64,000 nucleotides of DNA. It comes from Candidatus Phoenicimicrobium oleiphilum (GTDB lineage Bacteria; Atribacterota; Phoenicimicrobiia; Phoenicimicrobiales; Phoenicimicrobiaceae). Below are positions 28,575 through 37,118 of the stretch, one piece after another; within the stretch, counting starts at the first letter, position 1; each line of letters begins with the position of its first letter. Position numbers and translations under genes: made by a program. The notes below the pieces were generated by a model, which saw nothing but the letters and a program-made list of their open reading frames with translations, made no database searches and was not told where the DNA came from. The stretch lies in contig JBDIWJ010000004.1 in NCBI GenBank assembly GCA_039638295.1, positions 8,874 through 72,873 of the forward strand, written 5' to 3'.

Positions 28575-29198
28575 ATGGCAAAAAATAGAAAGTCAAAGAA
28601 GAAAAAAAATCACTTGAAAATTATCTTTACATTGTTAGTAATAATAGCACTGATAATTTTTAGTTATTTAATATTCAATAAATTAATTATGCCTGTTTGG
28701 GAAAGGTATAAAGAAAAGCCTGTTGTTACCAGGGAAATCCCTTATGAAGAAGAGAAAGAGGAAATTAAACCTGTTCCGATGGAAGAGATGGTAGAAGTTA
28801 ACCTTTATTTTTCCGATTATCAGGCAATGTATCTGGTGCCTGAAAAAAGAAAAATTCCTGTGTCTCTTTCTTTAGCTAAACAAGTTGTTCTTGAGATTAT
28901 AAATGGTCCGGAAAATTCCAATCTTTATCCAACTATTCCTAAAGGTACTCAACTTAATGAACTTTATATAGCTGATGATATTGCCTATGTTGACCTATCA
29001 GAGGAAGTATCTAAAAATCATCCTGGAGGCAGTAGCGCTGAATTAATGACTGTCTATTCTATAGTTAACACTTTAACCGAAATCCCTCCTATTAAAGGTG
29101 TTCAAATATTGATTGCCGGAAACGAGAGAGAGAGTTTAGTAGGTCATATTGATATTAGTAAGCCTCTCCTCAGAGATGAAGATTGGATTAAACCATAA
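28575..29198 (+). CDS. GerMN domain-containing protein
   Basis: 207 aa with an N-terminal TM helix and a GerMN-like domain (LYFSD...EIINGP...VDLS). It follows the amidase, as commonly seen in Firmicute-like genomes. Confidence 0.65.
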   Translation: MAKNRKSKKKKNHLKIIFTLLVIIALIIFSYLIFNKLIMPVWERYKEKPVVTREIPYEEEKEEIKPVPMEEMVEVNLYFSDYQAMYLVPEKRKIPVSLSLAKQVVLEIINGPENSNLYPTIPKGTQLNELYIADDIAYVDLSEEVSKNHPGGSSAELMTVYSIVNTLTEIPPIKGVQILIAGNERESLVGHIDISKPLLRDEDWIKP

Positions 29199-29239
29199 AA
29201 TTTGCACAAAATCTTTTTGCATTAAAGCTGGAGGAAATA

Positions 29240-29707
29240 ATGATTCATATCACCGATTTCTCTGAAATATTTAAAAATCAAATTATAATAATCGCTCTTA
29301 TAACTTATATCCTGAATCAGATTTTGAAGTTATTTGTATTTTTTTTTACAGAAAAAAAATGGGATGTCAGAAGATTTATTGGGGCAGGAGGAATGCCAAG
29401 TACTCATTCTGCCCTTTCAATGTGTGTGGCTGTAACCATTGGCTTGAGTGAAGGATGGAATTCTCCTTTATTTGCTTTAGCCATAGTTATGGCTTTTATT
29501 ATTATGGCTGATGCTGCTGGAGTAAGAAGGGAGACTGGAGAACAGGCTAAGGTATTAAATAAAATAATCCTGGAATTCTTTGAAGAGAGAAAGATCAGAG
29601 ATAAGCATTTAAAAGAATTGATTGGCCATACTCCTTTTGAAGTCATTGTAGGTGCTATGATAGGTATTATGATGGCTTATCTTTTATATTATTATTTAAA
29701 TTTTTAA
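29240..29707 (+). CDS. Divergent PAP2 family membrane protein (DUF212/YuiD-like)
   Basis: 155 aa with the GGMPSTHSA signature and DAAGVRR motif. Confidence 0.8.
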   Translation: MIHITDFSEIFKNQIIIIALITYILNQILKLFVFFFTEKKWDVRRFIGAGGMPSTHSALSMCVAVTIGLSEGWNSPLFALAIVMAFIIMADAAGVRRETGEQAKVLNKIILEFFEERKIRDKHLKELIGHTPFEVIVGAMIGIMMAYLLYYYLNF

Positions 29708-29711
29708 ATAA

Positions 29712-29826
29712 ATGATTGAAACCCAAAAAGTAGACAAAACGGTAAGGTAGGGGATAGAGGCACGATGCATCGGGCCCACAGGAGAAATTAAGCAATAATA
29801 TGGTGAAGGCACAGGTTTGCGATAGA
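29712..29826 (+). repeat. Two-hairpin ~110-nt repeat, family F copy 3
   Basis: ATGATTGAAACCCAAAAAGTAGACAAAACGGTAAGGTAGGGGATAGAGGCACGATGCATCGGGCCCACAGGAGAAATTAAGCAATAATATGGTGAAGGCACAGG... The second hairpin is degenerate and the element abuts the tlyA start. Confidence 0.7.
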
Positions 29827-30656
29827 TGAATCGATTGAAAAAGATAGAGAAAGAGCGGTTAGATTTACTGCTTGTAAAAAGTGGATTTTTTTCTACCAGG
29901 GAAAAAGCCAAGAGAGCAATAATGGCTGGAGAAGTGTTGGTAGAAGGAGAAAGAATCGATAAAGTTGGGCAAAAAGTCAGGGTTGATAGTAGTATATCAT
30001 TATTTAAAAAAGCGACTGTTTATGTAAGCAGGGGCGGAGAAAAATTAGAAAAAGCTATAAAGACATTTAATATTTCTGTTAAAGGCAAGAAAGCAATCGA
30101 TGTGGGTGCCTCAACCGGGGGTTTCACCGATTGCTTGTTAAAGTTTGGAGCTGAAAAGGTCTATTGTATAGATGTGGGTTATGGACAGTTGGCCTGGAAA
30201 CTGCAAAAAGATCAAAGAGTAGTATTGATGGATCGCACTAACATAAGATATCTTACTCCCGATAAATTTGATAGTCTATTTGAATTGGCTACTATAGATG
30301 TCTCTTTTATATCATTGGATAAAGTTTTACCAGCAGTGTATAATTTACTTAAAGAGGAAGGGGAGGTTGTAGCCCTAATTAAACCTCAATTTGAAGCAGG
30401 TCGAGAATTTATTCAAAAGGGTGGATTAGTAAAAAAGGCGGAAGTTCATCAAATGGTAATAAGAAGAGTAGGTAATAATGCCCAAAAATTAGGTTTCAAT
30501 ATTCAGGGATTGACCTTTTCTCCCTTAAAAGGGGCTTCTGGTAATATAGAATATCTTATCTATTTGACTAAAAATATCATAAAAAAGAAAATAGATGATT
30601 TCTCCCCCTTAATCAAAGAGATAGTAGAACAAGCTCACCAAGAACTTTCTAAGTGA
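29826..30656 (+). CDS. tlyA: TlyA family rRNA (cytidine-2'-O)-methyltransferase
   Basis: 276 aa with an N-terminal S4 domain (RLDLLLVKSGFFSTREKAKRAIMAG) and an FtsJ-like methyltransferase domain (DVGASTGGFTDCLL). Confidence 0.85.
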   Translation: MNRLKKIEKERLDLLLVKSGFFSTREKAKRAIMAGEVLVEGERIDKVGQKVRVDSSISLFKKATVYVSRGGEKLEKAIKTFNISVKGKKAIDVGASTGGFTDCLLKFGAEKVYCIDVGYGQLAWKLQKDQRVVLMDRTNIRYLTPDKFDSLFELATIDVSFISLDKVLPAVYNLLKEEGEVVALIKPQFEAGREFIQKGGLVKKAEVHQMVIRRVGNNAQKLGFNIQGLTFSPLKGASGNIEYLIYLTKNIIKKKIDDFSPLIKEIVEQAHQELSK

Positions 30657-30733
30657 CTGTATAAAATAAATACTAATTTAATAGCGAAGGAGTGAATGCG
30701 AAATTTAAATAGTAGAAGTAAGAGATTATTGGA

Positions 30734-31288
30734 GTGAGATTTTTGGATATAGGTAAAAATGGAATTTTAATTTTAGTTTTAATTATTGGTGGAGGAATAA
30801 TCTTTCTATTTTCGTTTATCAAGATAAGTAATTGGGTAAGGGGTAAGAAATTAAGGCAAAGATTTACTAAAAGCAGACAGGCAGAAAAAGAAGCAGAAAA
30901 AATATTGAGAAGAAATGGTTATACCATCATAGATATTCAAAAAAGTAAACCACTCCTTATAACCATTGGGAATAAGATTCATCGCTATTTGGTACGAATA
31001 GATTACCTGGCAAGAAAAAGGGGGAAAGTTTATGTGGTGGAAGTTAAAAGTGGTGAGAAGATCCCCTATATTACTAATCGGGAAACTCGAAGGCAGATGT
31101 TAGAATATTATCTTGCCTATCAACCAAGTGGTATCCTTTTACTAAATATGAAAAATAAGAGTATTTCTGAAATAAAGTTTCAGTTCGGAAGCACCCCTCG
31201 CCAATGGATGATCAGAATAATTTACTTTATAGCGGGGATAATTTTTACCTTGGTTTTATATTATTTACTTCGGGGAGGATGGAGATGA
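30734..31288 (+). CDS. Hypothetical membrane-anchored protein with a PD-(D/E)xK-like core
   Basis: 184 aa with TM helices at both ends. The central region AEKILRRNGYTII...RIDYLARKRGKVYVVEVKSG resembles the YraN/restriction-endonuclease fold (D...E-x-K). GTG start. Confidence 0.45.
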   Translation: MRFLDIGKNGILILVLIIGGGIIFLFSFIKISNWVRGKKLRQRFTKSRQAEKEAEKILRRNGYTIIDIQKSKPLLITIGNKIHRYLVRIDYLARKRGKVYVVEVKSGEKIPYITNRETRRQMLEYYLAYQPSGILLLNMKNKSISEIKFQFGSTPRQWMIRIIYFIAGIIFTLVLYYLLRGGWR

Positions 31289-32157
31289 AATTAAACAGTG
31301 TAGGATTAGTAGTAAATTACGAAAAAGAGAAAGCTCGAGAAACAGCTTGCCGAATAATTGATTGGTTACGTCCTAAAAGCATAAGAGTATATATTGAGGG
31401 TAAAGGTGGGGAACCTATAGGTAGAAAAGATTTAAATTGTCCTACCGAAAAATTCCTTAATAAGGTAAATATGGTAATATCTTTGGGGGGAGATGGCACT
31501 CTTCTTAAAGCAGCAAGATTAGCTGCCTTTGCAGATATCCCAGTTTTTGGAGTAAATTTAGGGGGATTAGGTTTTCTTACTCAAATCGGTATAGAAGACC
31601 TGGAAAAATCATTAGAAAGACTGTATCAGGAAAAATATTTTCTTGATGAAAGAATGATGTTAGATTGTTCAGTGAGAAGAAAAGATAAAGAGATTAAGAA
31701 ATTAATTGCTTTGAACGATGTAGTTATTGGTAAAGGGGCATTTGCTCGAATTATCAGCCTGGCTACTTACGTCAACAATGATTATGTTATTACCTATTCA
31801 GCAGATGGATTGGTTGTTTCTACTTCTACTGGCTCTACTGCTTATTCCCTTTCTGCTGGCGGTCCCCTTGTTAATCCCAACATAAATTCTATGATACTTA
31901 CTCCCATCTGTCCACATACCCTATCTGCTCGACCTTTAATTATAGGTGAAAATGATAAAGTGAAGATTATATTAGAATCGAGTGAAGAAGAGGTAATGGT
32001 TACAATAGATGGACAGGAAGGTTTTACTTTAAAAACAAAAGATGAAGTGTTAGTAAAAAAATCAAATCACAAAGCTCGATTGATTACTTTTAAAGAAAAG
32101 AGTTTTTATGCTATTTTGAGGGAAAAATTAAGGTGGAGTGGGCAGGTAAGTATTTGA
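31285..32157 (+). CDS. nadK: NAD kinase
   Basis: GGDGTLL and STGSTAYSLSAGGP motifs. The track ORF opens at 31204, but the conserved domain begins at MKLNSVGLVV, and SD GGGGAGG (31272-31278) precedes the ATGs at 31279 and 31285. Confidence 0.85.
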   Translation: MKLNSVGLVVNYEKEKARETACRIIDWLRPKSIRVYIEGKGGEPIGRKDLNCPTEKFLNKVNMVISLGGDGTLLKAARLAAFADIPVFGVNLGGLGFLTQIGIEDLEKSLERLYQEKYFLDERMMLDCSVRRKDKEIKKLIALNDVVIGKGAFARIISLATYVNNDYVITYSADGLVVSTSTGSTAYSLSAGGPLVNPNINSMILTPICPHTLSARPLIIGENDKVKIILESSEEEVMVTIDGQEGFTLKTKDEVLVKKSNHKARLITFKEKSFYAILREKLRWSGQVSI

Positions 32158-32255
32158 ATAAACAGGAGGACAGGCTCTGTGAAAACAGGGAGGTAGTCCT
32201 GGTAAAAGCAAAGGCGTTGATGACCTAAAAGAAGATGAGGTGGATTAAAAGGTAA

Positions 32256-33971
32256 ATGTTATTTCAACTAAATTTAAAAAATATTGCTCTAATAAAAGAA
32301 TTGAATATAGAATTTGATGAGGGATTAAACGTCGTGACTGGAGAGACTGGAGCAGGAAAATCTATTATTATTGAAGCAATAGATCTAATTTTAGGTGGTC
32401 ATACTTCTATTGATCTAATCAGGTCGGGAGAAGATAGTTTGGTAGTAGAAGGATTATTCTTATTATCGCCCGTTGAAAAGATGGCAATAAATAATCTAAA
32501 TCCTGATTTAGAAATTGTTGATAAGGAAGGGGCCTTGTTAATCAGGAGAGAAGTTAATAGAAAAGGTCGGAATAAATGCTGGATCAATCAGAGATTGGTA
32601 AATTTATCTTTGCTTCAGGATATAGGAAATTTCTTGGTTGATTTACACGGTCAACATAATCATCAATCGCTTTTAGATATTTCTAAACATATAGATTTAA
32701 TAGATAATTTAGGCGGCGATAAAATCACTAGATATAGAAAAGAGTTATTTAATGCTTATCGATTATGGCGAGAGAAGAAAAAAAGATTAACGCAAATAAT
32801 AGAAGATAGGGAAGAAAATTTAAAACGTATAGATTTTTTAAAATTTCAGTTAGAGGAAATAGATAAAGCATCTTTAACTAAAGACGAGGATAAAATTTTG
32901 GAAGAGGAAGAAATGGTCTTAAGGAATGCAGAAAAGATAGTTGAGACTATGGAAAAAGCTAACTTTATCCTTTATGAAGGCGGGGTTGAGCATCCCTCAA
33001 TAAGAGATTCTTTAAATGAAGTATCTAAAAATATGGGAGAAATTGCCTCTCTGGACCGACGGATTGAAAAAATGAAAGAGACTTTAAAAGAAATAGTATA
33101 CCAGCTTGAAGATTTGGTTAATGAGATTGAGAAGTACAAAGATAAAATAGAATTAGATACTCAGAGATTAAAAGAAGTCGAGGAGAGATTAAACCTGATC
33201 AACAATTTAAAGAGTAAATATGGTTCCACCATAGATGAAATCCTGAAGTGTCGCCAAAAAATATACCAGGAATTAAAGGCTATTGATTATAGTGAAGATG
33301 AGATAGAAAGTTTAAGAGTAGAAATAAATTCTCTGGAAAATAAGATATCAGATATTTCTCATAATTTGAGTTTGGAGAGGAGAAAGATAGCTAAAAATTT
33401 AGAGGAGATGGTAGTTAGAGAATTAGAAGATTTAAATATGAAAAGATGCCAGTTTAAAGTCTCTATTAACCATTATCAAGATGATGAAGGTATAAAGATA
33501 AATAATAAAAGGTATAAAGTTGGACCTAAGGGGATAGACGATATTGAGTTTATGATATCTCCCAATGTGGGAGAGAGCTTGCGACCATTGGCACGAATAG
33601 TATCAGGTGGTGAAGTTTCCAGAGTTATGTTAGCCTTAAAATCAATACTCTCTGAGGTTGACGAGGTCCCCACCTTAATTTTTGATGAGATTGATAGCGG
33701 GGTAGGGGCAAGATTGGGAGAGGTGATTGCTCAAAAATTAAGAAATATTTCCAAAAAGAGACAGATAATCTGTGTAACTCACTTACCTCAGATAGCCTGT
33801 AGAGCCAGAAAACATTTTTATATAGAAAAATATGTTGTAGAAAATAAAACAGAGATAAGGGTAGAAGAAATAAAGGGAGAAGATAGGGTTAAAGAGATTG
33901 CCCGGATGTTAGATGGAAATCAGATGAGTGAGATTACTATTCAGCATGCCCAGAAGATGTTAGAGAGATGA
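32256..33971 (+). CDS. recN: DNA repair protein RecN
   Basis: 571 aa with N-terminal Walker A GETGAGKS, a long coiled coil, and the C-terminal SGGE signature with Walker B (LIFDEIDSG). Confidence 0.9.
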   Translation: MLFQLNLKNIALIKELNIEFDEGLNVVTGETGAGKSIIIEAIDLILGGHTSIDLIRSGEDSLVVEGLFLLSPVEKMAINNLNPDLEIVDKEGALLIRREVNRKGRNKCWINQRLVNLSLLQDIGNFLVDLHGQHNHQSLLDISKHIDLIDNLGGDKITRYRKELFNAYRLWREKKKRLTQIIEDREENLKRIDFLKFQLEEIDKASLTKDEDKILEEEEMVLRNAEKIVETMEKANFILYEGGVEHPSIRDSLNEVSKNMGEIASLDRRIEKMKETLKEIVYQLEDLVNEIEKYKDKIELDTQRLKEVEERLNLINNLKSKYGSTIDEILKCRQKIYQELKAIDYSEDEIESLRVEINSLENKISDISHNLSLERRKIAKNLEEMVVRELEDLNMKRCQFKVSINHYQDDEGIKINNKRYKVGPKGIDDIEFMISPNVGESLRPLARIVSGGEVSRVMLALKSILSEVDEVPTLIFDEIDSGVGARLGEVIAQKLRNISKKRQIICVTHLPQIACRARKHFYIEKYVVENKTEIRVEEIKGEDRVKEIARMLDGNQMSEITIQHAQKMLER

Positions 33972-33974
33972 TGC

Positions 33975-34037
33975 AGTGATGAGTGATGAGTGATGAGTAA
34001 TGAGTAATGAGTGATGAGTAATAAGTAATAAGTGAGA
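33975..34037 (+). repeat. Tandem heptamer array (AGTRATR x9)
   Basis: AGTGATG x3, AGTAATG x2, AGTGATG, AGTAATA x2, AGTGAGA, starting 4 nt after the recN stop. Confidence 0.85.
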
Positions 34038-34153
34038 TGTAAAGATAGTATGATAGTAGATAATAAGAGAGTTAATTGTTTATATGGTTAACTGTTTGAC
34101 TTGGTAATCAATTAAATCGGTCAATTGGAAAATTGGTATAAGGTTGTATATTT

Positions 34154-35623
34154 ATGAAAGAGAAGATTAATACAAATAAAAATAAATGGTTGAAAGAAAT
34201 TGCCACACAAAAAGAGATTCAGAGTACTTTAAAGGCAATAATTCGTTCTACTGATGATGCTATTTCGGTAGTAGATGAAAAAGGTTTACATACTATCATT
34301 AACCCTGCCTATACTCGGCTAACCGGTTTAACTGAAGAAGATGTATTAGGAAAACCACCCACTATTGATATTGCTGATGGGAATGAAAGTATGCATTTAA
34401 AAGTATTAAGAACCAGAAAACCAGTTCATGGAGTGAGGATGCGAGTTGGGCCTAATCGTAAAGAGGTAATTGTAAATGTAGCACCAGTCATTGTAGATGG
34501 AGTTCTGAAGGGAAGTGTAGCAGTAATCCATGATGTTTCTGAAATAGAGTATTTAACGGAGGAGTTAAATCGAGTTAAACAGAGAGTCAGACATTTAGAA
34601 TCAAAATATACCTTTGAAGATATTGTAGGGAAAAGTAGGGCTATGATTATTGCCAAAGAGCAAGCCAGAAAAGCTGCTGAAACTCCCGCCACAGTTTTAC
34701 TTCAAGGAGAAAGTGGGACCGGAAAAGAGCTTTTTGCTCATGCCATACATCATGCGAGTAAAAGAAGGAATAAACAATTTGTTCGGGTTAATTGTTCTGC
34801 CCTGGTTGATACTTTGTTAGAGAGTGAACTTTTTGGGTATGAGGGAGGTTCATTTACTGGTGCCAAAAAGGCTGGTAAGAAGGGGTTGTTCGAAGAAGCT
34901 GACAAGGGAACTATATTTTTAGATGAAATTGGAGTAATGAGCCTTAATTTACAGGCAAAGCTATTGAGAGTTCTTCAAGAAAAGGAAATCGTAAAAGTGG
35001 GAGGAAGAACCCCTATCAATGTAAATGTAAGGGTAATCTCTGCTACTAATATAGATTTGAAAAATGCAGTAAAGGAAGGGAGATTCAGAGACGACCTTTA
35101 TTATCGGTTATATGTTATTCCTATTTATATCCCCCCATTAAGAGAAAGGAAAGAGGATATACCTCTTTTAGTAAATAATTTAATTAGAAAATATAATCAA
35201 GATTTTGGAAGAAATGTAAGAGGGATTTTACCGAAAGCCCTTGATCTTCTATTAGATTATTACTGGCCCGGAAATGTTAGAGAATTAGAAAATGTTATTG
35301 AAAGGGCAATAATAAATATGAAATTAAGTGAAGAATTAATTTCACCCAAACATATTCCTCCCCTGGTGGAGTTAAATGAAAAAGCAGGAATTGAGGGGAA
35401 GACCATCAATGATTATGAATCCAATCATCTGGTAAATTTTGATTGGGATAAAAAAAATCTTAAAGAGATAAAATATAATGCGGAAAGGGCAGCTCTAATA
35501 AATGCTTTGAAGGCCTCAAACGGTGATAATTTAAAGGCTGCAAAGAAATTAGGAATCAGTCTCAGGAGTTTTTATTATAAAATTAAAAAATATGATATTA
35601 AAAAGATATATGATTATAAATGA
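34154..35623 (+). CDS. Sigma-54-dependent transcriptional activator (PAS - AAA+ - Fis-type HTH)
   Basis: 489 aa with a PAS-like N-domain, an AAA+ sigma-54 interaction domain (GESGTGKE, ESELFGYEGGSFTGA, RFRDDLYYRL) and a C-terminal HTH (AAKKLGISLRSFYYKIKKY). Confidence 0.85.
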   Translation: MKEKINTNKNKWLKEIATQKEIQSTLKAIIRSTDDAISVVDEKGLHTIINPAYTRLTGLTEEDVLGKPPTIDIADGNESMHLKVLRTRKPVHGVRMRVGPNRKEVIVNVAPVIVDGVLKGSVAVIHDVSEIEYLTEELNRVKQRVRHLESKYTFEDIVGKSRAMIIAKEQARKAAETPATVLLQGESGTGKELFAHAIHHASKRRNKQFVRVNCSALVDTLLESELFGYEGGSFTGAKKAGKKGLFEEADKGTIFLDEIGVMSLNLQAKLLRVLQEKEIVKVGGRTPINVNVRVISATNIDLKNAVKEGRFRDDLYYRLYVIPIYIPPLRERKEDIPLLVNNLIRKYNQDFGRNVRGILPKALDLLLDYYWPGNVRELENVIERAIINMKLSEELISPKHIPPLVELNEKAGIEGKTINDYESNHLVNFDWDKKNLKEIKYNAERAALINALKASNGDNLKAAKKLGISLRSFYYKIKKYDIKKIYDYK

Positions 35624-35887
35624 AAGATAATTCACCAATTCACCAATTGACCAATTAAGGTAAAGAAAAAGATTAAGACTAGTTAATTCAACAATTAGCT
35701 GATTAGGAAATTAAATTAGCCACTAGTCGCTGGTGAATAGTCGTTAGCATTAAGTGTGAAATACAAATTCACAGTTTTTACCCTTTGAAATTACTTCCCA
35801 AGTAATTATTGATAAAATGTTGCTAAAAGTGCAATAATATGCAAGAAAATGCAAAGGAAAATAAGAATAAAAACATATAATTTTTTC

Positions 35888-35930
35888 AAAAATAGCTTTT
35901 TACCAATTAGTAAAAGCTATTTTTTATTTT
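35888..35930 (+). terminator. Terminator between the activator gene and the sigma-54 promoter
   Basis: AAAATAGCTTTT, a loop, AAAAGCTATTTT, then TTTATTTT. Confidence 0.55.
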
Positions 35931-35950
35931 ATTAAGGTTGCTTGAAGAAT

Positions 35951-35966
35951 TGGAATAAAAATTGCT
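35951..35966 (+). promoter_or_regulatory. Candidate sigma-54 (-24/-12) promoter
   Basis: TGGAATAAAAATTGCT has GG and GC at the canonical spacing of TGGCAC-N5-TTGCW. It lies 25 nt upstream of the buk start and downstream of a sigma-54 activator gene. Confidence 0.6.
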
Positions 35967-35990
35967 TATAAATATATTGGAGGATTGTAT

Positions 35991-37079
35991 ATGAATAAAA
36001 AATTAAAAATATTGGTTATAAATCCTGGTTCTACTTCTACTACCATTGCACTTTTTGAAGATGAAAAACTATTAGAAAAAGAGACAATAAGACATAGTTC
36101 AGCAGAATTAGCAAAGTATAAGAGAATTGTAGACCAGCATAAGTTAAGAGAAGAAATAATTATTAATTTTTTAAAGAAAAAGAATATTCACATTAGTTCT
36201 TTAGATGCCATAGTAGGCAGAGGGGGAATATTAAAACCAGTTAAAAGTGGAGTATATAGAATTAATGAATTGATGCTGAAAGATTTAAAAGAAAGACCAC
36301 GAGTAGAACATGCCTCCAACCTGGGTGCAATTATTGCCTATGATCTGGCTAAAAAAGTAAGAGTTCCTTCTTTTATTGTCGATCCGGTCGCAGTTGATGA
36401 ACTTGAACCTATAGCTCGAATTTCTGGGATACCTGAAATTGAGAGAGAAAGTTTATGCCATGTTTTAAGTATGAAGGCAGCTGCCAGAAGAATAGCTCAG
36501 GACTTAGGAAAACCTTATCAAGAACTTAATCTAATAATTATTCATTTAGGGGGAGGAATTTCAGTAAGTGCTCATCGTAAGGGAAGAATGATAGATGTTA
36601 ATAATGCGAGTGCAGAAGGTCCATTTTCTCCTGAACGGAGCGGAGGTGTGCCAATTATAGAATTAACCAAACTATGTTACTCTGGAAAATACAGCTTGCC
36701 AGAAATGTTAAAAAAGATTATAGGACGAGGTGGATTGGTAGCTTATTTAGGAACCAACAATACCATGGAAGTTGAAGATAGAATTAGCAAGGGAGACAAA
36801 AAGGCCAAGCTGATATATAAAGCGATGGCCTATCAGATATCAAAAGAGATAGCAGCTATGGCAGCAGTGTTAAAGGGGAAAGTTGACGCTATCGTTATTA
36901 CCGGAAATGGAGCAAGGGATAAAGGAGCACTGGGTAAAACATTTGTAGATTGGATAAAGGAAAGAGTTGATTTTATTGCCCCTATCACTGTATATCCGGG
37001 AAGTGATGAAATGAAAGCCCTTGCCTCAGGAGCACTTAGAGTATTAAGAGGAGAAGAAAAGGCCTATGATTACAAATAA
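35991..37079 (+). CDS. buk: Butyrate (branched-chain acyl) kinase, paralog 1
   Basis: [28 protein letters not shown] and PERSGG motifs. ATG at 35991 lies 7 nt after GGAGG. The track ORF starts at TTG 35985. Confidence 0.85.
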   Translation: MNKKLKILVINPGSTSTTIALFEDEKLLEKETIRHSSAELAKYKRIVDQHKLREEIIINFLKKKNIHISSLDAIVGRGGILKPVKSGVYRINELMLKDLKERPRVEHASNLGAIIAYDLAKKVRVPSFIVDPVAVDELEPIARISGIPEIERESLCHVLSMKAAARRIAQDLGKPYQELNLIIIHLGGGISVSAHRKGRMIDVNNASAEGPFSPERSGGVPIIELTKLCYSGKYSLPEMLKKIIGRGGLVAYLGTNNTMEVEDRISKGDKKAKLIYKAMAYQISKEIAAMAAVLKGKVDAIVITGNGARDKGALGKTFVDWIKERVDFIAPITVYPGSDEMKALASGALRVLRGEEKAYDYK

Positions 37080-37118
37080 AAAATATATTTATTATAAAAA
37101 TTATAAAGGAGTGGAAAA

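Noticed and set aside
31204-31284. An N-terminal extension of NAD kinase (track ORF start at 31204).
   Set aside because: The extension overlaps the C-terminal TM helix of the preceding ORF in another frame. The conserved NAD kinase domain starts at MKLNSVGLVV, right after a GGGGAGG SD.
33975-34037. Whether the heptamer and other short repeat arrays could be CRISPR arrays.
   Set aside because: The units are 7-8 nt with no spacers. There are no 25-40-nt direct repeats separated by unique spacers and no cas genes in the window.
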